IMG/VR virus record: IMGVR_UViG_3300021400_000025
Coordinates: 342,479-406,478 of that record
DNA length: 64,000 nt
Source: a virus
Taxonomy: Duplodnaviria > Heunggongvirae > Uroviricota > Caudoviricetes
Direction: 5' to 3' (one strand)
The notes beneath the pieces are model-generated. The model did not search any database. It saw nothing but the letters and a program-made list of their open reading frames with translations, and had not been told where the DNA came from. Every line of letters starts with the position of its first letter. Within the stretch, counting starts at the first letter, position 1. This document shows, piece after piece, positions 22,950 to 33,050 of the stretch. Position numbers and translations under genes: made by a program.

Positions 22950-25301
22950 CTTTGCAAATCCAAATGCCATAGAAGAACCTCGTATGTCCTGCAACACCCG
23001 CGCTTCCTTCCTCAGTGAGACGAAACACCTCATATCCTTGACACCCACACAAGTCGAACAAGTAATGTAGGACTTGGTACTTGTCAGCAGTCTTGTGGGA
23101 CTTGAGCGTTGTCTTGTTGCCTTTCCTTGAGCAAAGGAACAAGTCGAAATATGGATACTTACCCTGATTCTTGTCGTCCGTGAGAATTTCACAAATTCGG
23201 GTCATGAACTCACCTGTGTTTATGTGGTTCTCGTATGAACACAAGAACAGTTGCGCAAGTTCCGAAATGTATTGTGGCTTCTCGTAGCAGTCCATCGTCA
23301 TGTCTCCAATCATTCATGCCCAACTGTGGAAAAATCACATCGACATTCCAGACAATATGTCGTCAATCTTAAAATCCAAATCTGAGTATCCATAATATCC
23401 ACTAGCTGGATTGAACGACACATTGGTTGACGAATTGGAATCCATGACATTCCCAATCATTTCGATGAGGTCGGCATTTATGTTACTGATAGTATTTCCT
23501 GTAAGCACGACTCCAATTCCAAGAATCCCCTTGGTGCGCTTGTAGCTTGGGGTGAAGTTGAACTCGCAAATGTCGTATGAAAGCGACAAACCCATCAAGG
23601 TGTCATATACCTCGTCCTTATCGAAGCAATACTTGATTCTATTGTTGTGCTGAGACAAGCCACCGTTTTCGTTCAGAAACTCGTCCACGCCAAGTTTGCC
23701 ATTGCCAATTTCCCAAATGTCAACTCCCCTAATGGGGCATCCACTTGCAGAAGCAAGGACATTTCTCAGCTTCCCCATGATGTCGGAATTGGCACATATT
23801 GGCTGGACAAGAACATGAGTCTCCTTCTTGGTTTCCTTCGCTACAGGGACAATGGAAATTTCAGATTCCTCACTGCCACCCTCATCGAGAACAGCACTTG
23901 CCTTTGGTGCAAGCGTCTCTTTCTGACATACGCGCTTGGTTCGCTTGAACTCAATTATCTTCGTCGCAATGACATAGACCAGATATGACGGCACGGAGAT
24001 TGCCGAACCAAACACGAACAAGGTAATAAGTGTTTCCATGTTTATGCCTCCAATTTCATCAGACATACTCAATGGTTGAGCGGATGTCAACAATGTCAAT
24101 GTCAACGCCATACTTGAAGGAAATCGTCTTGCGCAACTCGTTGATTTTGGTCTGGAGGGCAACATCCGCAAAGTCCTTCTTGGATGCTTTCATGTGGACG
24201 GCGAAGCAAAGACGCGCCTTGCCATCCTTGGTCAGCTTCACCTTCACAGTGTCTGCGTCCACGCTGAACTCCTGGGGGATGCCGGTTCCAGACAAGTCCT
24301 TGGCGAAGGTTGCCTTGACATTGCCAACGAGTTCGGCATTGAAGTGGCTCACGGTCTTGCGCTTGTCGCCGAAGGTGAAAATCTTCGTTGACTTGGAAGC
24401 CTCGTTGAAGTCGTATAGGCAGGCAACGCCATACTTCTGCCCCAGACGTTCAACCAACATCTTCTTCCACGCCTTGTGGAAGACTCCACCACTCTTTCCC
24501 TTTCCGAATGTCCCATCTGATATTCTGGCACGATATGACTCAACCACCTTGTACCAACCAAGGTGGTCATATACGCGCATCACCTCGTCTGCGTCACTCG
24601 CTGCCAACTCCACGATTCCAACCATGCGTCCTGCGGCCTTTTCGCCATCCCAACACTCACCTTTCACAGCAAGCCCATAGTAGAGGATGCGCACCTTGGT
24701 GGCATTTTGGTGCTTCGCCCAGCTATGCAGGTCCTTCTCGGTGGGAAGTCCACCCTGGGGGTTGCCATAGATGATGATGTCGTGCCATGTCTTCATTGTC
24801 AAACTCCCTTCTTCACAAGAACCCTTGCGTGGAACTTGCCCCAGAATCCATCGTTGACATCCTGGCAGGAGTACATGTTGTCCGGCAGGACATCCACAAC
24901 CACAAGGTTGCGCGGAACTGCAGGATGGGAATAATGCACCTTGTCCCCAACTTTGAACTTTCTATAGACGAACCTGTTCTTGAAGATGCCGACCCTCTTC
25001 ACAGAAATGCCATAAGGTTCGTTTCTAAATGGGTCAAACAGACCCTTGAACCAGTCAACAATGGTTTTCATTGTCTTTACTCCTTCTTCACATTTCACTT
25101 TTTGGCGTAAATCGGCTCCCAATGCGTAACAACCATCCTGTCGGGCCACTTTCGCGCCAATCCGTACATTCGCATCTTTGCCTCGGCTTCTGCGGCATTC
25201 CTGTCGGTTCCCTGCACCACAACCCGGTCAATCTGAAAGTCCTTGCCGTCCCTATCTACAAGTTTGATGATGAAACTGAATCCTATGGTGTTCTCAGCCA
25301 T
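22942..25301 (-). CDS. Cassette of five hypothetical early genes (22942-23313, 23335-24039, 24059-24802, 24799-25076, 25095-25301)
   Basis: Co-oriented TAG-free ORFs with RBS-like GGAG/AGGA, all ending TGA. Start codons are approximate. Confidence 0.65.
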
Positions 25302-25320
25302 TTTGGGACACTCCTTTCAA

Positions 25321-25671
25321 TCACGCAACCTTGTTCGCCTTGACATAGGCGGCTTCCAACTTCTCCATCGAGAAGTAGTCCATCTCCATGAGCTGGCGGG
25401 TGTATTTGCCCATCTTGGCGAACACCCACTTCATCTGCTTGGGGCTGAGCCAACCATGGGTCTTGTACCACTCGGCGAAGCGAGTCAGGAGGGTGGCGTC
25501 CCCTACCGTGAAGCCAACGCCATTGAGCGCGTGGGTGCACTCGCCATTCTGCTCCGAGTCGGTCTGGTTGTCGTATATGCGAAGCAAGGCAGCCTTCGCC
25601 CACTTCTCGTTCGTGGTGAGCATCTTGCGGAGGAACTCCACCAGAGCGGCTTTCGTAATCTTCTTCTCCAT
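25321..25671 (-). CDS. Hypothetical phage protein (NGVGF..DA..LS.KQ..Y..QL motif)
   Basis: First gene after the early promoter; AGGAG RBS. Confidence 0.75.
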   Translation of the reverse strand: MEKKITKAALVEFLRKMLTTNEKWAKAALLRIYDNQTDSEQNGECTHALNGVGFTVGDATLLTRFAEWYKTHGWLSPKQMKWVFAKMGKYTRQLMEMDYFSMEKLEAAYVKANKVA

Positions 25672-25688
25672 GACTTCTTCTCCTAATG

Positions 25689-25762
25689 GGGAACTCGTGG
25701 GCATCCCCTTCTCCCTCACAACACCTACAGTATACCATAATTCTGGATTCAGCGCAAGGGGG
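25689..25762 (-). promoter_or_regulatory. Early sigma70-type promoter plus conserved 19-bp leader element
   Basis: CCCCC-TTGCGC-N17-TATACT-GTAGGTGTTGTGAG; leader identical to 3345-3363. Confidence 0.75.
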
Positions 25763-25812
25763 TTTCATCAAGTTTTTTGTAAATATTCATTGGACAGCAC
25801 AATAAGCATATA

Positions 25813-26037
25813 ATGAAGAAAAACACCCCCAAAATGAACGAATCTAAACAAGAATCACTCTTCGCCCAACAGGACAAGTGGAAGTTGTTCAAATGGATAT
25901 GGGATGAATTGGACACATGCCCATATGTGGCAGGCGTAGAGGACGCAGACGCATAGCATGGAACACTTGAAGTTGCCACCAAAAACGGCGACACATTTGT
26001 TCTGATTCTCAAAAAGGGGAGTTGGAGGGAAGTATGA
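25813..26037 (+). CDS. Hidden 74-aa late protein with an internal TAG (absent from the ORF track)
   Basis: Follows GTAAATA at 25779. MKKNTPKMNESKQ...ADA*HGTLEVATKNGDTF...; its TGA overlaps the next ATG (ATGA). Confidence 0.7.
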
Positions 26038-26417
26038 TAGAATGGATGATTAAACTTGGATTGAAGATGGTTCCGTATTCAACATTGGTGGAGGTCATAG
26101 CCACTGCGATTGCCTACATCATGGACTACGCCAGAAAGAACTCCACAAAGGACGGATGGGAAAAGGCGAAGAAGACCATACACGAAGTGCGCAATTGGAC
26201 AACATTGTTCGATGAAGTCTATGAGGACGATACCTTGACTCCTGAAGAGGAGAAGAAAATCCAGAACGCAATAGCCAACTGCACCGTGACAACCTCAATC
26301 TACAATCTCATCAAGGGCAAGAAAGCCCCGAAGAAGGAGACCTGGAGGAACAGTCGCAGGAAAACAACAACATCTTCATCAACGAAAAGAAAAACCAAAA
26401 AACAGAAAGAGGCATGA
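26034..26417 (+). CDS. Hypothetical protein with hydrophobic N-terminus and basic tail
   Basis: ATGA coupling on both sides. Confidence 0.7.
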   Translation: MIEWMIKLGLKMVPYSTLVEVIATAIAYIMDYARKNSTKDGWEKAKKTIHEVRNWTTLFDEVYEDDTLTPEEEKKIQNAIANCTVTTSIYNLIKGKKAPKKETWRNSRRKTTTSSSTKRKTKKQKEA

Positions 26418-26953
26418 AGGAAATGAAATTCAGAAGAATCGTGAAAGAATCCAACAAGGACATCCTGAAGGAAATAGAGAGGATGTACGGCGTCAAGACC
26501 GCAAGGGCACTGGAAAAATATTGCGCAAAGAAGGGCATAGATCCAGAGAGGGTCGTCAACGACACAAGCACCGACAGAAATGGGATGTGCGAATGGGACA
26601 AGTTCGATGTCTGGGCGCAGAAGCAGGGAGTTGACTTCGCCGCCAACTTTGGAGATGTGGACATGGACAGTCTGTTGGGAGTTGATGACAAGAAGAAGAC
26701 CAAGAAGCCCAAAGGTCGCGCCACGAAAATCTACGATAGACCTTCTGATGCAGACGTCTATGGAGAGTCTGGCGATCAGGACGAGAACGACGTCCTGGAC
26801 TTCATCACTGACGAACTCAACGAATGCGAATGGGTGAAATGGGTTGACTTTGACGACTACGATGCCACTTGCACGATTGGAACTTCCAGCGGAAAGGCGT
26901 ATGACATTTCCGTGAAGGAGAACACCACGGTGCAGATTGACGACGAGGACTGA
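26414..26953 (+). CDS. Hypothetical acidic protein with an IVKES motif
   Basis: 179-aa ORF; its C-terminal domain resembles the 25813 protein. Confidence 0.75.
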   Translation: MKEMKFRRIVKESNKDILKEIERMYGVKTARALEKYCAKKGIDPERVVNDTSTDRNGMCEWDKFDVWAQKQGVDFAANFGDVDMDSLLGVDDKKKTKKPKGRATKIYDRPSDADVYGESGDQDENDVLDFITDELNECEWVKWVDFDDYDATCTIGTSSGKAYDISVKENTTVQIDDED

Positions 26954-26956
26954 AAA

Positions 26957-27121
26957 ATGGGCGAGTCCAGACTGACAAAGCGGGACAAGGGGAAAATCCT
27001 TGACCTTGCGATGAACTACGCATGGAACTGCTGGCATTTGGGGGATCAGATGTTTGAATGGGAGGATGCGGAGAACGATGATTCGCGCTTCCAACTTGAA
27101 GAATATCTGGATTCAATCTGA
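26957..27121 (+). CDS. Small hypothetical protein (54 aa)
   Basis: ATG 3 nt after the previous stop; fills the gap before the LRR gene. Confidence 0.55.
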   Translation: MGESRLTKRDKGKILDLAMNYAWNCWHLGDQMFEWEDAENDDSRFQLEEYLDSI

Positions 27122-27153
27122 ACAACAAACAACAAAAACGAGGTAAAACAAAA

Positions 27154-27756
27154 ATGGTATACATCAACAAACTAAATGGTGGAGACATCACGATTGGAGC
27201 GGGTGGTTCAGCTCCAGCAGGACATCCAGAGACAAGATTCACTCTCCAAGATGGAACTGTTGAGACCTATAACATAACAGGACCACTTGACCAACAATGG
27301 CTGAGTAATAATGGGTATTATATCCCATGGGATGATGAAACGAGTGAAGGTGATGTGTGGTTAAAGACCATAACTCAAGTAGACATTGGAAATACTGTGA
27401 CAAGCATTGGGGAGGGTACGTTCACAAATTGCTTAAACCTTACGATCGTAACAGCTCCTGACAGCGTGACGAGCATTGAGGAGGGTTATACGTTCAACGG
27501 TTGCAGCAACCTTACGAGCGTGACGTTACCAGGCGTTGTGGGGACAATTGGGGACGAGGCATTCTATGGATGCAGCAACCTCACAGAGTTGACGATATCG
27601 GATGGAGTGACGAGCATAGCGTCTTCTGCATTCTACGATTGTGGAAGTCTTACTGGTGTTACAATAACTGCAAATGGTGGAAATGCTGAAAATGTCAAGC
27701 AAATGATGATTGAAGCTGGTGTTGATGAGAACATCACCTGGAACATGCCAAGCTGA
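27154..27756 (+). CDS. BspA-type leucine-rich repeat protein
   Basis: Repeats of VTSIGxxxFxxCxNLTxVTI. Confidence 0.9.
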   Translation: MVYINKLNGGDITIGAGGSAPAGHPETRFTLQDGTVETYNITGPLDQQWLSNNGYYIPWDDETSEGDVWLKTITQVDIGNTVTSIGEGTFTNCLNLTIVTAPDSVTSIEEGYTFNGCSNLTSVTLPGVVGTIGDEAFYGCSNLTELTISDGVTSIASSAFYDCGSLTGVTITANGGNAENVKQMMIEAGVDENITWNMPS

Positions 27757-27793
27757 AACAATGTGTCACACAAAAACAATCAAGGTTGGTTCT

Positions 27794-27976
27794 TCACTGA
27801 ACCAACCTTCTTCTTTTCGCCTCATCTTCAAGTTCCATCATCTGATCCCACAGCTCGAAATGCTGGTTCTCTGACAGACACTCCACACCTGGCTTATAAT
27901 GGTTGTCCACGTCCTGCTTCAACTTCAGAAGCAATTCCTCGATTCCGCCCTCGATGTCATTGATGCCGTCCATCAT
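27794..27976 (-). CDS. Small hypothetical protein
   Basis: ATGA-coupled to the gp47-like gene. Confidence 0.55.
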   Translation of the reverse strand: MMDGINDIEGGIEELLLKLKQDVDNHYKPGVECLSENQHFELWDQMMELEDEAKRRRLVQ

Positions 27977-29136
27977 GCTGTCGCCGCCCTGTCGTAGTAT
28001 TCCTTCATCAGTTCAAGCAATTTCGCGTTGTCAATGGCTTCGTGGTGGATTTTCTCAATCTGCTTCTTGATGTAGTCGAACTTGTCAACCACTATGCCCA
28101 TGTCGTCATCAGAACCTTCTGGCTGCTCCCCATCTTCCGATATTCCAAGCACGAACACTGAACTGTCCTCTTCATACACACCTGCGTCAGCAACCAGATT
28201 GTCCATCTTCCCCTTCTGTTCGTCCGTGAGGACAACATCATAGCATCTTCTCACTATTGCGCCCTTCAGCTTCGTCTCGTCCACAGTCCCATTCACAACG
28301 TCGGACGCATACAATGTCACGAACTTTGGTATGGATGCGGTCTGGTGGAATGTCTCGTTGTTGCTCTCGTCCAATATGAAATAGCCATGCTGCTTCTTCT
28401 CGTCGGGAAGTCTCTGCATGTCATGCACCTGATATTGAGGGGAGCCGACTATGTTCCATGTTCTGTTCTCGAACGTCACTGTTTCGTGATCGTGTATGTG
28501 CCCCATGTAGATGGTGGAGAAATCGTGCGTGTGGTGGAGGATCTCGGATATGATGTTCCCAGTCTCAACCTCGGAGAAGTTCCTTCCACCAGCCTTGTAC
28601 GCCTCGGCATAGTGCTGTCCCTTGCTCTTGATGTCTCCAGCATAGGATATATCGAAATGCCCCATCATGATGTCGTAGATGTCGGAAAGGTGGTTTCTTC
28701 TGATGTTGTCGTTCAAAGTGGTTCCACACAACCAAGGTACAAGCAGAACCTTCTGCCCGTTCAACTTGAGTTCAGTGGGAACCGATATGATGTTCACGTT
28801 GTTCAATTCAAATATGTTCAGGGAAGTGATGACGCTGTTGTACTTCTCGTACAGGTCATGGTTTCCCTGGAGAAGGAACACCTCGCAGGTGGACGCCAAC
28901 TTTCTGACGAGATCGTTCGCCACATTCAGCGATGTCACCTCAATGGCGGTTCTTTGGTGGAAGAGATCCCCCAGGAAGAACACCTGCTTGATGCCCTCTG
29001 TCTCTATGCGTCCAATCATCTCGTCGATGACCTTCTCCGCTATCTTCTGCCGAGAGGGCTTGTCGTTGGAGATTCCAACATGGAGGTCCGTGAATACAAG
29101 GGACTTCCCAGTGCGCTCAATGTTCTTTGTTGTCAT
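27973..29136 (-). CDS. Recombination nuclease, T4 gp47/SbcD/Mre11-like
   Basis: FTDLHVG, LGDLFH, GNHD, GHF, MGHIH, VGSPYQ. Confidence 0.88.
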   Translation of the reverse strand: MTTKNIERTGKSLVFTDLHVGISNDKPSRQKIAEKVIDEMIGRIETEGIKQVFFLGDLFHQRTAIEVTSLNVANDLVRKLASTCEVFLLQGNHDLYEKYNSVITSLNIFELNNVNIISVPTELKLNGQKVLLVPWLCGTTLNDNIRRNHLSDIYDIMMGHFDISYAGDIKSKGQHYAEAYKAGGRNFSEVETGNIISEILHHTHDFSTIYMGHIHDHETVTFENRTWNIVGSPQYQVHDMQRLPDEKKQHGYFILDESNNETFHQTASIPKFVTLYASDVVNGTVDETKLKGAIVRRCYDVVLTDEQKGKMDNLVADAGVYEEDSSVFVLGISEDGEQPEGSDDDMGIVVDKFDYIKKQIEKIHHEAIDNAKLLELMKEYYDRAATA

Positions 29137-29140
29137 TTTC

Positions 29141-29893
29141 CTATTGCTTCCTCTGCTGTTCAAGCATTTTCTTGTAGTATGTGTCTGTGTATATCCTGTC
29201 GAAGTAGTCCGAGAAGTTGGGTATGGATCTGTTGAACGCGGACTTAATCTCAACTGCCAAGGTTGAATACTCGTCCTTGTGGTTGAAGTACCTTCCCCTG
29301 AACACCTCCCATGCATCCTGAAGTTCTGAGTTCTCATAGCACTTCCTTATCGCAACCTCAACCTCTGGGAGAAATGGGAGGAGAATCACGGAGAAATCGC
29401 CCGACATCACATACTTGTCCAGCGTGTGCCTCTCGGCAAGCGTCTTCACGCAAGCAGATGGCTCGTTGAAGCCAAGGGTGTATGTCAGATGAAGATACTT
29501 CTTCACCGCCTTTGAGAATCGGTCAACCAACGCCCGACGGGCATTCACAAGCCTTTGCTTCTTCTTCAGGCTCCGCGTTTCCTCAACCACGATCCCAATA
29601 AGGCGTTGCATCCCCCTTACTGTGGTTGGCACTTTGGATATTCTGTCCGCGACCTTCCTGAACACAATCTGCCTGTCCTCCACCGTCACCGCGTTCTTCA
29701 GAAACATCTCGTAGATCTGGTCGAAGTGCCGCTTGAACTTCCTGTACATCGACTTGCCATCGTAGTTGTCCATGTATGCCACCGAAATGTTCCTCACGGG
29801 ACCATTGTCGTTGAACAGTTTAATGTAGAGGGGAAGAACCCTTGCGACATCAGACGGGGAAAGAAGCTGGTAGCTCTTCAGCCTCCTCTCCAT
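29141..29893 (-). CDS. Hypothetical replication-region protein (ends in TAG)
   Basis: Long ORF coupled between neighbours; function not recognised. Confidence 0.65.
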   Translation of the reverse strand: MERRLKSYQLLSPSDVARVLPLYIKLFNDNGPVRNISVAYMDNYDGKSMYRKFKRHFDQIYEMFLKNAVTVEDRQIVFRKVADRISKVPTTVRGMQRLIGIVVEETRSLKKKQRLVNARRALVDRFSKAVKKYLHLTYTLGFNEPSACVKTLAERHTLDKYVMSGDFSVILLPFLPEVEVAIRKCYENSELQDAWEVFRGRYFNHKDEYSTLAVEIKSAFNRSIPNFSDYFDRIYTDTYYKKMLEQQRKQ

Positions 29894-29897
29894 GTTG

Positions 29898-30332
29898 TCA
29901 ATGTACCGGTTGTCTCTGATATCCATCCAATATCTTTCTGATTGCGTTCGCCGTGCGCTTCCCAGTGAAGAAATAGTACCCATACACGGCATACAGGGTC
30001 TCTATCACCTTGTCCACGCCAAAACCCCACCTGTCATGGAGTTGATGGACAAACTCCTCGTCCATGAACATGGACTTGATGTTGAAGAACAAATCCTCCA
30101 CAAGTTCCTTCAGTCCTGGAACCTGCCTTTTTTCATCCAATTCGCCAAGCCCCACCAACTTTGAATAGAAGTCCTCCGCCCTGAGATTGGGATGCCTCTC
30201 GATGATCTTCCCATACACGAAATCCAATTCCTGCAACCCCTCGGGGTCGTCAAAGCACACAGATACAGATGTCTCCTTCGTGTGGAAGGGGAATCTGTTG
30301 TTCTTGGGGTCATATTCAATCTTGTTCATCAT
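29898..30332 (-). CDS. Hypothetical protein
   Basis: ORF preceded by TATAATTGA at about 30362-30370. Confidence 0.65.
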   Translation of the reverse strand: MMNKIEYDPKNNRFPFHTKETSVSVCFDDPEGLQELDFVYGKIIERHPNLRAEDFYSKLVGLGELDEKRQVPGLKELVEDLFFNIKSMFMDEEFVHQLHDRWGFGVDKVIETLYAVYGYYFFTGKRTANAIRKILDGYQRQPVH

Positions 30333-30429
30333 ATCATGCCAAAAAACAATAATCCTCAAGTTCAATTATACGCTGAATGCGAAGGAAATGGTAAATACTC
30401 CAAAAGAAAACAGCAGAAAGGCATAGACA

Positions 30430-31170
30430 ATGGGTCAGAAGGACAAGACAAACCAGCATCTCAACGCGCAGGGACAAGGACTTGACGGATTGTATCGTGG
30501 CGTGGTGCGCAAGCAGATGTCAGATGGAAGAGTCAAGGTGTTCGTGCCGTCGGTGTACGATCCACAATTCGAGGCAGATGGAAACGAAGACTTCCTCCCA
30601 AACGCAGAGATTATGTTTCCAGTGTCGGCGAAATGCATAGACCAATCTGGATTCTTCGGGATTCCAGATGTGGGTTCCATAGTGTTCGTCAAGTTCCTCA
30701 ATGGGGATGCAAACTATCCTCTTGTGGTTGGAGTGCAGGCGAACGCAGTTCCAGGATTCGGAAAGGCGACATTCAACAAGATGATGCGCAAGAAGAAGTA
30801 TGTCAAGCAGATATTGAAGAATGGCGTCGCCGAGGTCGCTCTGGACGAAAACGGCTCAATAGAGATGACAGTGCAATCTCATGAGGGGGCTGCGCAGGAC
30901 AATGGCTCAATGAAGGAGTGCAGAATCCTCATGGACAGAACCAACGTCAACAACAGAATCATATTGGATGCCGACGACATCATCTTGAACTGCAGGAACC
31001 TGCTTCTCAAGACCTTCAACACCCAGATTGACGCCGGCAACAAGGTCATAATACATGGACGAGGTGGAAGGGTTGCCATCATGTCCCCATCCATCTTCAT
31101 CAACTCCAACTATGGACAGGGAACCAACGCCACAGTAATCAAGGGATCAAGTGGGACCATTGTTGTCTAA
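30430..31170 (+). CDS. Baseplate hub/spike protein, gp5/VgrG OB-fold
   Basis: GLYRGVV, GRVKVFVP, PDVGSIVFVKFLNGDANYPLVVG, beta-rich C-terminus; GTAAATA at 30391. Confidence 0.8.
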   Translation: MGQKDKTNQHLNAQGQGLDGLYRGVVRKQMSDGRVKVFVPSVYDPQFEADGNEDFLPNAEIMFPVSAKCIDQSGFFGIPDVGSIVFVKFLNGDANYPLVVGVQANAVPGFGKATFNKMMRKKKYVKQILKNGVAEVALDENGSIEMTVQSHEGAAQDNGSMKECRILMDRTNVNNRIILDADDIILNCRNLLLKTFNTQIDAGNKVIIHGRGGRVAIMSPSIFINSNYGQGTNATVIKGSSGTIVV

Positions 31171-32229
31171 TCAAGCCAACTTCAACTTCATCTGCATCTT
31201 GAACGAAGACGAAATCATGCTCCTGACGATTCTATCGTCCATGAACACATCTGCCCTTCCAGTCGCTTTCACGAAGTCGTTCAGATCCTTGACCTTCGCC
31301 ACACCAAGCAAATCGTACATGTCAAGGTACATGGCATCTGGATATCGTTCCATGTGCTTGAGCGCAGACTGAATTCCGGCAGCATCGTTATCGAACGCAA
31401 GCACTATCTTGTGGCGTGGGTAGAATGTTGAGATCATCTTCATCTGGTACTCGGTCAGATTCCTTCCACCAAGGGCAACGCCATTCTTCACGAAAAGAGA
31501 GTCGAATACGCCCTCTGTGCAGATGATGTATGGAAAACTCACATCAATCCCCGAAAGATTGAACACAGGCTTTGGCTGGAAGTTGATGTTCTCGTCCTTG
31601 GGAAAGATGTACTTGACCGAACCCTGACCCTTGATGTCGTACTTGTTGTAGTTCGCCATCTGATGGTATATTGCTGAATCGTCCCAGATGTACTGAATCA
31701 GAATGAACTCCCTTCCTGCCGGATCCAGGATTGAGAGCATCATGTCCCGTTTGTCCAGTGGGATTCTCCGCGAATCCAAATAGCCTTTTGCCGATGATGT
31801 CAATGGCTGTGTCTTCCACCCCATCTCAAGAAGATATCTGTATGATGGGCTTGGAGACAGAATCTCGATGTCCGAGCCACCTGCCATGACAGATTCAACG
31901 ATTCCAGAACCACCACCACCCTTGACAATGTTGTTGAAGTTGAGAACCTTGTACTCGTCTATGATGGAACTGAACACATCATGAGGGCATATTGCCTTGA
32001 GAAAGGCGTAGCCTGTCATTGATGTTCCACAGTTGAAGCAATAATATGTCCCGGTCTTGCGGTAGAAATACCCACGCTTCTTCTGCTTGTTCTTCTTCGA
32101 GTCCCCACATATGGGGCATCTAAATGTGATCTCGGAGTTGTTGCGCGACTTGAGCGAAGAGTCTGGCAGGTTTTGCCAGACTTTCTCATCAACATAGCTT
32201 ATCCAAGATCTGTCCTTCCAATCAATCAT
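31171..32229 (-). CDS. DNA primase (T4 gp61-like)
   Basis: FRCPICGDS...YYCFNCG zinc ribbon; TOPRIM EGVFDSL and FDND. Confidence 0.92.
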   Translation of the reverse strand: MIDWKDRSWISYVDEKVWQNLPDSSLKSRNNSEITFRCPICGDSKKNKQKKRGYFYRKTGTYYCFNCGTSMTGYAFLKAICPHDVFSSIIDEYKVLNFNNIVKGGGGSGIVESVMAGGSDIEILSPSPSYRYLLEMGWKTQPLTSSAKGYLDSRRIPLDKRDMMLSILDPAGREFILIQYIWDDSAIYHQMANYNKYDIKGQGSVKYIFPKDENINFQPKPVFNLSGIDVSFPYIICTEGVFDSLFVKNGVALGGRNLTEYQMKMISTFYPRHKIVLAFDNDAAGIQSALKHMERYPDAMYLDMYDLLGVAKVKDLNDFVKATGRADVFMDDRIVRSMISSSFKMQMKLKLA

Positions 32230-33007
32230 CTTCCCTTGAAGTCACGGCGAACACGAAACCAAGCCTGTCCTCGCCATTGAGGACCATGATGTGTGGGGCA
32301 CAGAAGATGCTCTCCCAATCAGTGCCCTCAAGGTATTCCTCAATCTCGTCCTGGATGTCCTTGTCCATGTTCACGGCATGGGCAATCTTCGCAGCACGCC
32401 GCATGTCCAACTGGGGGTTCTTGTGCTGGTTGAACGCGATGAAGATACAGTCCTTGGAGGGGGTGGCAATCGTGGAGGTGTCCCAGACTATTGGCTGGCT
32501 TGTCTTGATGAGGAATGTCAACCGGTTCGCAATGAAGACAAACGGGTTCTTCACATTCTCGTCCCTTTCGTCTTCTTCCTCTTCCTCATCGTCAAGGATT
32601 TCAGTGCGCTTGGGTTGCTTAAGGGAGACAAGATCCTTGAACTCCTTTCCAGACGAAAGCATGTCGAAGATGGAGGGTGGAACCCTTTCAATCTCTTCAT
32701 CTTCTTCGTCCTCGGCACACATCACATCCTGCTCGTGGATATATGGAGGTTCATCGTCCTCATAGGCATCCCCTTCGTCAAAACCCTCCTCGTCTTCGTC
32801 ATCTTCAATATCGTCAATCTTCCAATGGAAATCGTCCTTCGGCTTCTTGACTTGGGCAACACCATTCCCATCTTCAAGCCTACCAAACAACTTCGAGAAA
32901 ATCTCATCGAGCTCTGGCGAACAGATGATTTCAAAGTTCCGACCAATCCTTCTTGCTCGGCCCAGGTTGTTTTCGTTCTTCTCAAAGTATCTGTGCGGTT
33001 CAAACAT
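32222..33007 (-). CDS. Hypothetical acidic protein
   Basis: 261-aa ORF overlapping the primase start; upstream TATAATTGA. Confidence 0.7.
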   Translation of the reverse strand: MFEPHRYFEKNENNLGRARRIGRNFEIICSPELDEIFSKLFGRLEDGNGVAQVKKPKDDFHWKIDDIEDDEDEEGFDEGDAYEDDEPPYIHEQDVMCAEDEEDEEIERVPPSIFDMLSSGKEFKDLVSLKQPKRTEILDDEEEEEDERDENVKNPFVFIANRLTFLIKTSQPIVWDTSTIATPSKDCIFIAFNQHKNPQLDMRRAAKIAHAVNMDKDIQDEIEEYLEGTDWESIFCAPHIMVLNGEDRLGFVFAVTSREDD

Positions 33008-33050
33008 GCGTTGTCATTCCTTTCAATCAATTATACCACAATCAGATGAA

